Shown: one piece after another, positions 7,494-16,312 of the stretch
Numbering within the stretch: the stretch's first letter is position 1
Layout of the letters: each line of letters opens with the position of its first letter
Origin: a virus
Virus record (IMG/VR): IMGVR_UViG_2599185304_000001
Strand: one strand, 5' to 3'
DNA: 34,036 nucleotides
Made by a program: the position numbers and the translations under genes
Notes under the pieces: generated by a model
Databases searched by the model: none
Seen by the model: only the letters and a program-made list of their open reading frames with translations
What the model was told of the DNA's origin: nothing

Positions 7494-8032
7494 TTTGGCT
7501 CACTCCCGCCCAACCACCTGTCCACCCGGCCCAGGACCTTTTCGAAGCCACTCAGCGCAGGGTTGTCGCCCGATGCGCCACCGCCATCTCCTACCGCGCT
7601 CCCTGGCGCCCCTTGGGCGTCGACCTTGTTACTGGCGCGCCGGCCTTCGACTTTCTCCGGATTGGACTCGCGCTCGCTCAGCGTGAACTGGACCAGCCAG
7701 GCCTTGAGGCTGTCCGCCTCCCGGGCGCTGACGCCTTCGGAGAATTCCACCTGGCGCACGCCGAAGGCCTCGGCCGTATCGTTGACGATCCGGTACAGGT
7801 GCAGCTGGCCGCCGCCGGCCGTGGCTTCGGCCAGGCGCATCAGCTCGGTCAGTTGAACCCGGTCGACGAAAGGGATCATCAGCGAAACGGTCAACGTCTT
7901 GGGCTTAAAGCCCTTGTGCGCCTTGTCGGTGTTGCTGGTCTGCCCCGACATGTCCCCGCTTTCGATACGCAGGTTGGCCGTGACCTTGAGGTTCTTCCCC
8001 TGGACTTTCTGTCCGTCTAGCAACAGCGTCAT
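7490..8032 (-). CDS. Hypothetical tail/baseplate-associated protein (180 aa)
   Basis: ATG 8032 overlaps the upstream stop (ATGA). Gly-rich C-terminus. Function not recognised. Confidence 0.4.
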   Translation of the reverse strand: MTLLLDGQKVQGKNLKVTANLRIESGDMSGQTSNTDKAHKGFKPKTLTVSLMIPFVDRVQLTELMRLAEATAGGGQLHLYRIVNDTAEAFGVRQVEFSEGVSAREADSLKAWLVQFTLSERESNPEKVEGRRASNKVDAQGAPGSAVGDGGGASGDNPALSGFEKVLGRVDRWLGGSEPN

Positions 8033-8952
8033 AGGCCCACCAGCTCCTGGACAAAACTCAATCCTGCTTTGCTGCCCACCAGCAACAGGCCGGCACACTG
8101 AACCCATTCATGCCCTGGAGCGTCGCCGGCGAGTAGTTGGCGGCGCAGTTCGCTGCTGTTGCCTGGGCCGATCAAACGCGCCCGCATGCTGATGTCCGGG
8201 TTACCACCGGCCAACAACCCTTTGAGGTCGCTCAACTGCTGATCGCGGCCCTGCTGCTGGGCGCCTTTGCGAGCGGCCAGTGCAGCCAGATCGCCCAAGG
8301 GCGAACTGTCAGCGGCATAGCCCTCCAGGACGGCCAACTGGCCTGCCATGGATTGCTTGGCGGCCTTGACCACCGTGCAGCGCTCCAGGGGCAGCGCTTG
8401 CCAGCGCGGCAGCGGGCCCGGGTTGGGGATCTCCCATTTTTCACTTTCCAGCTTCACCAGGTGTTGCGCCCGGCGCTCGGTGCGCACCAGGTCGGGAATC
8501 GGTAGCAAGGCGTTGAACCGCGATAAACCGCTGGCCAACTGTTCCAGACGCGTGCCCAGGAACAGGATCGACAGTGCGTACAGCGGCCCGGCCGGGCGTC
8601 CGTCGTCCGTGACGTCTTCCAGCTTTTTGCCCAGGTGCTCGAGCACGTTCGGCGCCGACAGGAAGCGTTGATAGCCTTTGCCCTGACCAATGCCGCTTTG
8701 AAATGGGGTGACCACCAAGCACGCCGGCGCCTCGCCCAACTGCTCGGCGAGCGCGGCACGACCGGCCGCAATGGCGCCTTGCGCTGCCCCGCCAACCGGC
8801 CCCGGGTTGGTGGTGGCCAGGTCCTTAAGCCCGACCAGACGCTGCGCGGTGGTGGCCAGTTCGCCACCGGCCAGGTTCTTCGCTGCGGTCAGGCCGCCCA
8901 TCCATTGCGTGGCTTGCTCTGGCCAGCGCATCGTCACCGGTGCCCAGGTCAT
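8029..8952 (-). CDS. Hypothetical protein (307 aa) within the tail operon
   Basis: Translationally coupled on both sides, with codon usage like the neighbouring phage genes. No motif recognised. Confidence 0.4.
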   Translation of the reverse strand: MTWAPVTMRWPEQATQWMGGLTAAKNLAGGELATTAQRLVGLKDLATTNPGPVGGAAQGAIAAGRAALAEQLGEAPACLVVTPFQSGIGQGKGYQRFLSAPNVLEHLGKKLEDVTDDGRPAGPLYALSILFLGTRLEQLASGLSRFNALLPIPDLVRTERRAQHLVKLESEKWEIPNPGPLPRWQALPLERCTVVKAAKQSMAGQLAVLEGYAADSSPLGDLAALAARKGAQQQGRDQQLSDLKGLLAGGNPDISMRARLIGPGNSSELRRQLLAGDAPGHEWVQCAGLLLVGSKAGLSFVQELVGL

Positions 8953-9656
8953 GCCGGCGTGGTCCAGGTGATGAGCTTCAAGGCTTTCAGATCCTTCCTG
9001 GTCAGGGCCTCGGCCACGGCCTGGCGCAAGGTTTCGGCGTGCTGCAATGCGGCCTGCCTGAAACGCACCAGGTCATGACTGACTTTCTGCAACTGGGCGA
9101 TGGTGTGGGGCCGGAAGGCCTTCACCTGGTCGACGTCATAGCAGGGGTATACATCGTCCACGCCCAGCAGCACCTGGGCATTCAGGTTCACCTGGTCATC
9201 GATCGCGCTGCTGTAGCGGTACACCTCGCCCAACGCGCTGGAGTTGAACCCGCCGGCGATGTGGGCGCTGCAACCGGCACTGATCGCCAACAGCGTTTGC
9301 TCCTGCTGGATGGCCAGCACGGCGTCGATATCGTCGACCCATTCACCGTCTTTCCAAATCTGGTTCGGCCCGGGCTTTTTCATGGTGAAACCCGCAGGCA
9401 CCGGTTCGAAGCCCTCCAGGGTGCGGGGCTCCCCACTTTTGATGCTGTACACCACCACGCCGCCGAAGTGGTCCACCAGTTGCCAGGCCTGGCCATTCCA
9501 CCAGGCGGCCTTATGTTCGGGGATCGCCGGCGGCGGGATCTCCACGCATCCGCCGGGGATCATGTAAACGCCGGGCTCCAGGGGCGACTCGTCGGCCTTC
9601 ACCTCGGCGACGAACAGGCCCAAATGGTCCGTCTGATAAACGATCTTGTCAGTCAT
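8949..9656 (-). CDS. Tail fibre assembly/chaperone protein
   Basis: Lies immediately downstream of the fibre gene. The N-terminal WWNGQAWQLV-type segment is typical of fibre assembly proteins. The start may instead be TTG 9668. Confidence 0.6.
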   Translation of the reverse strand: MTDKIVYQTDHLGLFVAEVKADESPLEPGVYMIPGGCVEIPPPAIPEHKAAWWNGQAWQLVDHFGGVVVYSIKSGEPRTLEGFEPVPAGFTMKKPGPNQIWKDGEWVDDIDAVLAIQQEQTLLAISAGCSAHIAGGFNSSALGEVYRYSSAIDDQVNLNAQVLLGVDDVYPCYDVDQVKAFRPHTIAQLQKVSHDLVRFRQAALQHAETLRQAVAEALTRKDLKALKLITWTTPA

Positions 9657-9664
9657 GCGCGATC

Positions 9665-11329
9665 TCAATACTTGATGCAGAAAAGGAGGGCCACGTTCTT
9701 CGGCCGGGTTTCGGTACCGCCATTCGCCGCGACCGTTACCGTATGGGTGTGTCCCCCGGCAGCTCCAATCCCGACGTTATGCGCATGTGAACCAGCAGCA
9801 GCTACGGTGACGTTGTGAGCATGCGCGCCAGCAGCAGGCAGAGCGGTTACCGGCCTGTTCGGATGGGCCTGCCCTTCCTCAACGCCGCCGTTGACGTTGA
9901 TCAACGCGCCGACGCCGTTACCGGCGTGCGTGTGCTCGCCTTGGGTGTCAGTCGATGCGGTGTGCGTGTGTTGGCCCTGGGCATCCGTCGATGCGCTGTG
10001 GACGTGATCGGCTACGGCAGCGGCCGTGGCCGTGTGGCCATGCGATTGCAGCATCATGTCCTGGAAGGAGCCGAAGACACGGCCGGCATCGATGCCTCGC
10101 CCATCGTCCCAGCCACGCGGAAATACACCCCTCATGTCGGGAAGGTTAAAGGTCGTAGAGCCATCGCCCGCGCCGTAGTAGGTATAAATTCGCTGGAATA
10201 GCTTGGCGAAGGCGGTACGAGAAACGGCTGCTCCGTTGCATTTGAGCCAGCCTGCCGGCGCCGCGCTCATGGCGAAAGCGGCCACCATGCCCACCATGGG
10301 TTCGCCGATCTGCTGATTCAGTTGGTTCAGCGCGGCCGTGGTGGCCAGGATCTCGCTGCTGTTGGTTGCAGGGTCATCGCTTTTGGCATTGGGTAAGTTA
10401 CCCAGACCCACGTCAGCTTTGGTCGTCGCTCGGGCGCGCAACTGCTCATAGTCACCGTTGCGCGCCGCCAGGTACTGGATCAACGGGCCGGTGACGGGCT
10501 CCGTCGTTCTCAGGTCGACGATGTTGGTCGAGGAAATGAAGTTGGCGATTTGAACGCAGTAATGACGTGCGCCGGCGGCGTCGGTGTAGTCGGCCTGTTC
10601 CCCGTAGGCCAGCTTCCAGGTAGTGACCCGGTCGTTCAATTGGCGCTCCAGGCAAACGTCCAGCCAGATTTTGCCCGAGGGGATAATGCCGCTGATCGGC
10701 AGCGGTTTGTCCAAGACGACCCGAAGACCTTCGATGTACGCGGTTCCCGGATTCAATTGGTATTCCCCAACAATCCTGGTGAAGGCCAGCGAATTGCCGA
10801 AGAAGCAGGCGCGGCCGAACAGCTCGCGATTGTTCACGCGCTCGCGCTCATCGATGCCCGCCAGGCGTACCGTGAAGTCATGCTGCCAGGTGCTGGCATC
10901 GATGGTGATGCCGGTCAGCGCCATGGCGCCGTCAAAGGCCACCAGGAAATTGCGAGTGATGTTGTTACCGATCTGCAGGGGCGGCACGTTCTTGCGCTTC
11001 TGCTGCAACGGCACGGTGGACACGGCACACAGCACCCCGTCCTCGTCCTCCAGGCCGATCCAGTTGAAATTCCAGTCGCCTACATCCGAGCCCAACTGCG
11101 CGCTGTACACCACCTGGTTGGGGTTCACATAGCCGGCGTTCTGCGCGGGAATGCTGTAGACATGAACGATCTGCGCGGCCGGCGGCTTGCCTGCGGCGCG
11201 ATCAATCGGCGCGGCTGGGTCTAGCCCGGGCACGTTGGCAAAGATGAATTTATTGATGATCAGCGGCTTTCGTTCGCTTTGCTTCAGCGCAATTTGGCTT
11301 TCGCCGGCCAGGGTGATGTTGGCGCTCAC
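9665..11329 (-). CDS. Tail fibre protein with tail-collar domain and C-terminal HxH repeats
   Basis: P2 gpH-like N-terminus (ITLAGE...FIFANVPGLD). Collar domain WLKCNGAAVSRTAFAKLF...FNLPDMRG. Repeated HxH motifs at aa 429-530. Confidence 0.85.
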   Translation of the reverse strand: MSANITLAGESQIALKQSERKPLIINKFIFANVPGLDPAAPIDRAAGKPPAAQIVHVYSIPAQNAGYVNPNQVVYSAQLGSDVGDWNFNWIGLEDEDGVLCAVSTVPLQQKRKNVPPLQIGNNITRNFLVAFDGAMALTGITIDASTWQHDFTVRLAGIDERERVNNRELFGRACFFGNSLAFTRIVGEYQLNPGTAYIEGLRVVLDKPLPISGIIPSGKIWLDVCLERQLNDRVTTWKLAYGEQADYTDAAGARHYCVQIANFISSTNIVDLRTTEPVTGPLIQYLAARNGDYEQLRARATTKADVGLGNLPNAKSDDPATNSSEILATTAALNQLNQQIGEPMVGMVAAFAMSAAPAGWLKCNGAAVSRTAFAKLFQRIYTYYGAGDGSTTFNLPDMRGVFPRGWDDGRGIDAGRVFGSFQDMMLQSHGHTATAAAVADHVHSASTDAQGQHTHTASTDTQGEHTHAGNGVGALINVNGGVEEGQAHPNRPVTALPAAGAHAHNVTVAAAGSHAHNVGIGAAGGHTHTVTVAANGGTETRPKNVALLFCIKY

Positions 11330-11338
11330 GGTGCGTTC

Positions 11339-11863
11339 CTACAGGCTGGCAACCAGCGTTTGCTGGTCGTCGTTGAAATCCACCACGGCGACTTGCAGCG
11401 CAATGGGGGTCATGGTCACAAAGTCGTAGCGTCGGCACGTTCGGCCGTACTGCTGAATCAGCACGCGTAGCAGCTCAGGGTTGAGGGACAGCTGGGTGTT
11501 GCTGAACTTGAGCTGGATAACGTCCCAGTCTCGGTCGGGTTGGCGCTCCTCGATCTCGACGTAGCCCACGCCCAGGCGCTGGAAAATGCGCTTCATGCCG
11601 GCGGTGCTTCCGGCGTCCACGGAGTTGATGAAGGCGTACTTCACGCGCAGGCGGAACAGCGCTTCGGGCTCGCCCGGAAAGCGGGTGACGTCGCGCTGCC
11701 AGGCCCACAGGTCCAGGATGCTCATGTGGCAGGTGTCTGGGTCGATTTGCGAATAGGGCCAGCGCAGCCACCCAGTGACGGTTTCCCACCAGGCCTGGGC
11801 GGCCTGGGTGAGCTTGGAAAGCTCGGTGCCTTCCAGCCAAAAAGGTAGTTTCAGCTTGATCAC
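11339..11863 (-). CDS. Baseplate/tail protein, gpI-like
   Basis: Lies between the J-like gene and the fibre gene. The ILDLWAWQRDV segment resembles the gpI family. Confidence 0.6.
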   Translation of the reverse strand: MIKLKLPFWLEGTELSKLTQAAQAWWETVTGWLRWPYSQIDPDTCHMSILDLWAWQRDVTRFPGEPEALFRLRVKYAFINSVDAGSTAGMKRIFQRLGVGYVEIEERQPDRDWDVIQLKFSNTQLSLNPELLRVLIQQYGRTCRRYDFVTMTPIALQVAVVDFNDDQQTLVASL

Positions 11864-13032
11864 TGGATCACCACCTTCAGGCTCTGTAGCCGGGGAATCG
11901 ACAACCCGCTGACGATATCCCCCATGGGCACAAACTTGACGGACTCGATCCCTGGGAACTGCTCGTGTAGTTCCTGGGCCAAGCGACTGACACTGAATCG
12001 TGATTGCGGATAAGTCAGCGTGGGCTGGTAATCCCGAGGCGTGCTTTCGCGAAAGGCGGCGCGCACAAACAACTCAATTTCGTGTGTGAGGTCGGCAATC
12101 TGCGCCGGCGTCTGGTTGGCGAAGGGCCAGACGTTCAACTGCAGGCTGACCATCTGTTCAGGCATGACCATGGCCAGCAGATCGTCGCCGTGGCCGTGAT
12201 TGCCCTGGTCGCGGATGTGCGCATTGATCTGGTCCAGGTAAGTGCTGGCCGGCACGCCGGCATCAAACAGCACATAGGCGTTCGCGCTACCTGGTCCGCG
12301 TGGTGCGCCGTGTTCGAAGTAAACGCCATCAGGGCGCACGCCCGGGAAAGCGGAAATCATGGCGCGATAAACCGCGTCCGTGTGCCACTGGTTCACCGCC
12401 GAGAACTGGTTACGCACCCGCAGGCGCAGCTGGTCGTTGGGCTCCGGATCTGCACCAGGTGATTCCAGCCAGCCGTCGCCGTTGACGACCTGGACAATGC
12501 CCGGGACCGGAACGGGCAAGATGGCGTAGTAACCAGGTGCCAGGTTAAAACCGCTGCCCGATTCCAGCGCTTCCACCGGCACTTCAAGCTGGAGTTGCCC
12601 CTGCTGGAAGGTCGCGGCGGCCGTCGTGACAAGCTGGTACACGTTGCCGTTGATCGCGGCCGACTGCACCACAATGCCCTTTTCCAGCTCCATCACCCCG
12701 TCAGGCGTGGTCCGGGTGAACAGCAATTTGCCTTTGGCCTTCGTTGCCCCCTTGCGCTCGACGTTGACCGCCCACGCCAAGGTGTCCAGCCAAGCGTCCT
12801 CCGCTGTTTTGACAAAGAAGTTGGGCAGGACGGTCAGGCACAAAAAATCCAGCAGCCACAGCACCGGTTTGGTGACCAGGGCGGTCATCACCCGCCAAAA
12901 AGGCGAATAGCTGCTGGTGTTGGCCACCTTGGCGCCCTGGGCTTCGACTTCCTTCTCCCAGGCGGCTTTTAGGCCGGCCTCCGTGGTCGGGATGCCCGTC
13001 TCGGCGATCACCTTTTTAAAATCGACGCTCAC
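11860..13032 (-). CDS. Baseplate J/gp47-like wedge protein
   Basis: Size, position and a J-like central pattern (KGKLLFTRT...GIVVQS). Confidence 0.65.
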   Translation of the reverse strand: MSVDFKKVIAETGIPTTEAGLKAAWEKEVEAQGAKVANTSSYSPFWRVMTALVTKPVLWLLDFLCLTVLPNFFVKTAEDAWLDTLAWAVNVERKGATKAKGKLLFTRTTPDGVMELEKGIVVQSAAINGNVYQLVTTAAATFQQGQLQLEVPVEALESGSGFNLAPGYYAILPVPVPGIVQVVNGDGWLESPGADPEPNDQLRLRVRNQFSAVNQWHTDAVYRAMISAFPGVRPDGVYFEHGAPRGPGSANAYVLFDAGVPASTYLDQINAHIRDQGNHGHGDDLLAMVMPEQMVSLQLNVWPFANQTPAQIADLTHEIELFVRAAFRESTPRDYQPTLTYPQSRFSVSRLAQELHEQFPGIESVKFVPMGDIVSGLSIPRLQSLKVVIQ

Positions 13033-13346
13033 AGGGTTACCTCAATCGATCCGAATTTCAGGGTTTTGGCCGTGACCAGGTAGACGCCAGGCTCCTGCTG
13101 AGTGATGCGCGCAGTGCCCGGCACCAGGCGCTCGTCGTCCTCCACCAGCAGCTCCAACCGCTGGATGCAATCGCGTTGACGCAACCGATCACGCTCGGCG
13201 ACCAGGACAACCAACAGTCCGCTGTCGCGGATCATGTGAGCGATGTCCTGGGCGATGCAGGCGCGGTCATCGATCAGCAGCGGCTGGCGCGACGGATCCA
13301 GGGCCAGGTCGTTGTCCACGATCAACAGATCCACGTACTCGCTCAT
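13029..13346 (-). CDS. Small baseplate protein (gpW/gp25-position, DUF2590-like)
   Basis: A 105-aa ORF beginning MSEYVDLL at ATG 13346, overlapping the tape-measure stop (ATGA). The longer track ORF upstream of it is an alternate frame of the tape-measure gene. Confidence 0.5.
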   Translation of the reverse strand: MSEYVDLLIVDNDLALDPSRQPLLIDDRACIAQDIAHMIRDSGLLVVLVAERDRLRQRDCIQRLELLVEDDERLVPGTARITQQEPGVYLVTAKTLKFGSIEVTL

Positions 13347-15328
13347 CCGCCCACCGCCATGGCCACCATGTTTTCCACTTCCAGCGGCGTCATCGCCTTG
13401 CCGGTGTGAATGTTCACGTTCTCCACATGGGTGCCCTTGTTCTGGTTGCTGCTGTTGTTCTGAATGCTGGTCAGCAGGCCGCCAGGCGGCACCGCTGCAG
13501 GACGCGTCGGGGAAAGGCTGGGGATGGCCGCATTGATGGTCTGCTGGGCCTTCTGCGCGGCGCTGGCAGTGTCGGCGGCGGTGGCCGCTGCATCGATGCC
13601 GGGCACCTCGGGCATGCCACCGAAGCGCGCTTCGATGTTCACCCCCGGAATGCTGTTCAGCAGCTCGATCACGCCGTTCACGGCCTGGGTGAAGATACTG
13701 ACGATGCTGTCCCAGGCGGCCCTGGCCATGCCTGACCAGCCGCCCATGGAATCGAACCAGTCGGAAAGCTTTTGGAACTGCTCGGCAACGAACTGAAACG
13801 CGGCCGTGTTCATCAGGGCCGTGGTCCATTCGTCCCAGTAGTAGACGGCGGCAACAACCATTGCGACCAGGGCCACGATGGCGACCACGATCCACACCAC
13901 CGGGTTGGCCAGCAGCGCGGCATTGACCAGCCAGATCGCGCCCTGCCACAGCAGCATGGCGCCGCGCACCAGCGCCAGGCCGGCGCTCAAGGCGTAGATC
14001 ACGGCCATGTAAGCCAGGATGGCCAGCTTCTGCAGGACGAAGCCGGCAACGGTGCGCAGGTTCAGCAACTGGACGACTTTCCAGACTGATACCAGGCTCA
14101 TCCAAGTCATTCTGGATACGCCAACGACGACGGTGAGCAATGACATGGCCGCAACGATGCCCATGATGGTCAACGCGGTGATGCCGATCAGGCGCGTGAT
14201 GTTGGGGAACAGTTGCGACCAGCGCACCAGCGTTTTCCCAATCTCGATCATCCGGTTCATGAACGGGGTGAGCACCGGGATCAGCACTTGGCCAAACACC
14301 ACGCGCATAACTTCGACCAGGGACGCCCACTGTTGCCACGGGTCCACCATGGCCCTGGCCATGTTCTCGGCGTTCTCCAGGCCGCGCACCTTGCCCAACT
14401 GCTCGATGCCGTTGCGCAAGCGGCTGGTGTCCTTGGCCAGCGCGCCGATCACCTGGGCGCCTTCCCCGCCGAAAGCCTCCAGCAGCTTGGCCCCGGCCGA
14501 AGCGCTGTTGAGGTCGCCGAGCTTGCCCTGGAGCTTGTCCAGGATGGTCATGATCGGCAGGATCTTGCCTTGCTGGTCGGTGAACTTGACGCCCAGTTTG
14601 TCCGAGGCGGTGCTGAGGTTTTCGAAAAACGCTTTGTAGCGTCCGCCGGCATCGCCCCCTTCCATGGTGCTGCTCAGGGTGCCGATGACCGCCATCTGTT
14701 CGGCCAGGTCGACGCCCGCCGTCGTGGCGATGGCGCCGGCTTCCTTGAAAGCATCTTTCATCGCTGCGCCGCTGGTGCGGAACAGCTGGACCGCCAGCGC
14801 GGTCTGGCCGCCGAGCCTTTCGACCCATTCACCCTTGCCCATGGCATCTGCCTGGGACTTCTGCAGGTTGTAGAGGGTGCCGACGTACTCGCCCATGGTT
14901 TCGGCATCGCTCTTGGTGGCCTTGGCCAGCAAGTTGCTGGTGTTGGTGAAAACGGCCAGCTGGTTACCGGCCAGGCCCTTGATGGCGCCCTCGATCAGGT
15001 ACGCCGAGGCCACGAACTCCTGGGCGTTCTCGCCGTAGTTCACCGCGAACTCCAGGGACTTGGCATTGAGCGCTGACAGCGCATCCTCAGCCACACCCAA
15101 CGATCGGACGTCGCCCAAGGCGCGGTTGACCTCCAGCGCTGGCTCCATGGACTCGCGGATCCCGACCACGCCCGCCGTCAGCCCACCCAAGCCCAGGCCG
15201 ATGGTCTTGATGTGTTTTTCGCTCTGGTCGGCCAGTTCGGAAAACCCCATCTTCACTTTGCCCAGGGGCGCGGTGACCTTGTCGGTCAGGCTCAGGATGA
15301 AAGCCAGGCTGGCGCTACGGTCTGCCAA
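13343..15328 (-). CDS. Tail tape measure protein
   Basis: 661 aa, Ala/Gly/Leu-rich with long hydrophobic segments. It follows the frameshifting chaperone pair. TTG start. Confidence 0.85.
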   Translation of the reverse strand: MADRSASLAFILSLTDKVTAPLGKVKMGFSELADQSEKHIKTIGLGLGGLTAGVVGIRESMEPALEVNRALGDVRSLGVAEDALSALNAKSLEFAVNYGENAQEFVASAYLIEGAIKGLAGNQLAVFTNTSNLLAKATKSDAETMGEYVGTLYNLQKSQADAMGKGEWVERLGGQTALAVQLFRTSGAAMKDAFKEAGAIATTAGVDLAEQMAVIGTLSSTMEGGDAGGRYKAFFENLSTASDKLGVKFTDQQGKILPIMTILDKLQGKLGDLNSASAGAKLLEAFGGEGAQVIGALAKDTSRLRNGIEQLGKVRGLENAENMARAMVDPWQQWASLVEVMRVVFGQVLIPVLTPFMNRMIEIGKTLVRWSQLFPNITRLIGITALTIMGIVAAMSLLTVVVGVSRMTWMSLVSVWKVVQLLNLRTVAGFVLQKLAILAYMAVIYALSAGLALVRGAMLLWQGAIWLVNAALLANPVVWIVVAIVALVAMVVAAVYYWDEWTTALMNTAAFQFVAEQFQKLSDWFDSMGGWSGMARAAWDSIVSIFTQAVNGVIELLNSIPGVNIEARFGGMPEVPGIDAAATAADTASAAQKAQQTINAAIPSLSPTRPAAVPPGGLLTSIQNNSSNQNKGTHVENVNIHTGKAMTPLEVENMVAMAVGG

Positions 15329-15333
15329 TGTCG

Positions 15334-15788
15334 TTACCCATTCAGCGCAAGGGCAATGCCGTTAGCCACGGCAAATTCCATGCGTCTCCAGTGTTCGTCC
15401 TCCAACCACTTGGCCGTTCCCATCGCCTCGGGCGTGGGTTCGGCTCCAGGTAGCCAGCGGTTCGTCAGGGCCATCAACTGGCCCAGGCCGTTCTCACTCA
15501 GGCGCTCAGCGTGCTCGAGCGCTTTTTTACGATCACCTCAACGTTGGGGGCGTACTCCTCGAGGAGCGCGCCGGCGAGCTGCATCACCATCACCGGGTTG
15601 GCCAGCAAGGGTTTCAGGACGGCTTTCTGTTCCTGCAGCACGGTGGTCATCAGCAGGTTGTTGCCGGGCGCGACCTTGTTGGTTTGGGTCAGGGCATTGA
15701 AATACTTGGTGACGTCGGCCGGGGTCAGGTTGAAGGTGAATTCCTGTTCGCCGACTTCCAGGGTGATTTCGGTGTTCTGTTGGCTCAT
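15334..15788 (-). CDS. Tail assembly chaperone, -1 frameshifted long form (gpE'/GT analogue)
   Basis: After a -1 slip at A AAA AAG, the frame stays open for 62 codons (ALEHAERLSENGLGQLMALTNRW...IALALNG) to TAA at 15334-15336. That stop lies 5 nt before the tape-measure start. Confidence 0.65.
15498..15788 (-). CDS. Tail assembly chaperone, short form (gpE/G analogue)
   Basis: A 96-aa ORF from ATG 15788, directly upstream of the tape measure gene. It carries a slippery heptamer near its 3' end. Confidence 0.7.
   Translation of the reverse strand: MSQQNTEITLEVGEQEFTFNLTPADVTKYFNALTQTNKVAPGNNLLMTTVLQEQKAVLKPLLANPVMVMQLAGALLEEYAPNVEVIVKKRSSTLSA
15522..15528 (-). promoter_or_regulatory. Programmed -1 ribosomal frameshift heptamer A AAA AAG
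   Basis: Minus strand reads GTA AAA AAG CGC in the zero frame. This is the X XXY YYZ pattern, the same heptamer as E. coli dnaX. Confidence 0.65.
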
Positions 15789-16312
15789 GGGGTGGATCTC
15801 TCGTTGAGGTGGGTAAAGGTGTTGGCCTGGTGTGCCGGCGATCGCTGGCACATCCCGGTGGCGTATTGCTGTAGGCCGAGGATCATTTGCCGGCTGAGGG
15901 CGAGCTGATCTCGGAGGGTGAAATAATCCGGTCGAGCGTCTGCAGCGAGTTCGGGGGCTCCTGCATCAGCCAGGCGGGCGGCGCCGGCGGTGGTGGACAC
16001 AGATCCGGCGGCTGGACAGGTGGCGTTGACGCGCAGCCGCTGACCGCCAGTGTCAACAGCACGGCGCAGGCGTTCGTTTTCAGTAAGGGCATGGTTCAGC
16101 TCCGTGGTGTTTCGTTGATCGATCGCGTCCCGCTCCGCGAGTCGTTGCCCGCTGATGCGAGCCGCTTCGCGCAGGCCTGTGACTTCCCATTGCACGCTGT
16201 CCCGCTCGCGTCGGGCGTCGTCGCGCTGGTCCAGGATCGAATCAAAGGCCAGCCAGGCCACAAGGCCGGCCAGCAGAGCGAACGGCCCCAGGCGCAACAG
16301 GGAAAGGCTCAT
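15785..16312 (-). CDS. i-spanin (Rz-like)
   Basis: ATG 16312 overlaps the endolysin stop. N-terminal TMD LLRLGPFALLAGLVAWLAF followed by a charged coiled-coil region. Confidence 0.75.
   Translation of the reverse strand: MSLSLLRLGPFALLAGLVAWLAFDSILDQRDDARRERDSVQWEVTGLREAARISGQRLAERDAIDQRNTTELNHALTENERLRRAVDTGGQRLRVNATCPAAGSVSTTAGAARLADAGAPELAADARPDYFTLRDQLALSRQMILGLQQYATGMCQRSPAHQANTFTHLNERSTP
15883..16092 (-). CDS. o-spanin lipoprotein (Rz1-like), embedded in the Rz gene in another frame
   Basis: Signal peptide with lipobox LAVSGC, followed by a Pro-rich mature part. It lies wholly inside 15785..16312. Confidence 0.75.
   Translation of the reverse strand: MPLLKTNACAVLLTLAVSGCASTPPVQPPDLCPPPPAPPAWLMQEPPNSLQTLDRIISPSEISSPSAGK

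Noticed and set aside
9740-10045. Short DNA repeats that could be mistaken for a repeat array or CRISPR
   Set aside because: They are in-frame coding repeats (HxH units) within the tail fibre gene. No repeat-spacer architecture exists anywhere in the window.
13347-14828. Upstream 494 codons of the 599-aa minus-strand ORF 13029..14828
   Set aside because: This is an alternate frame of the tape measure gene, with extreme Arg/Gly/Pro/His content. Only the last 105 codons (from ATG 13346, MSEYVDLL...) look like a real, coupled gene.
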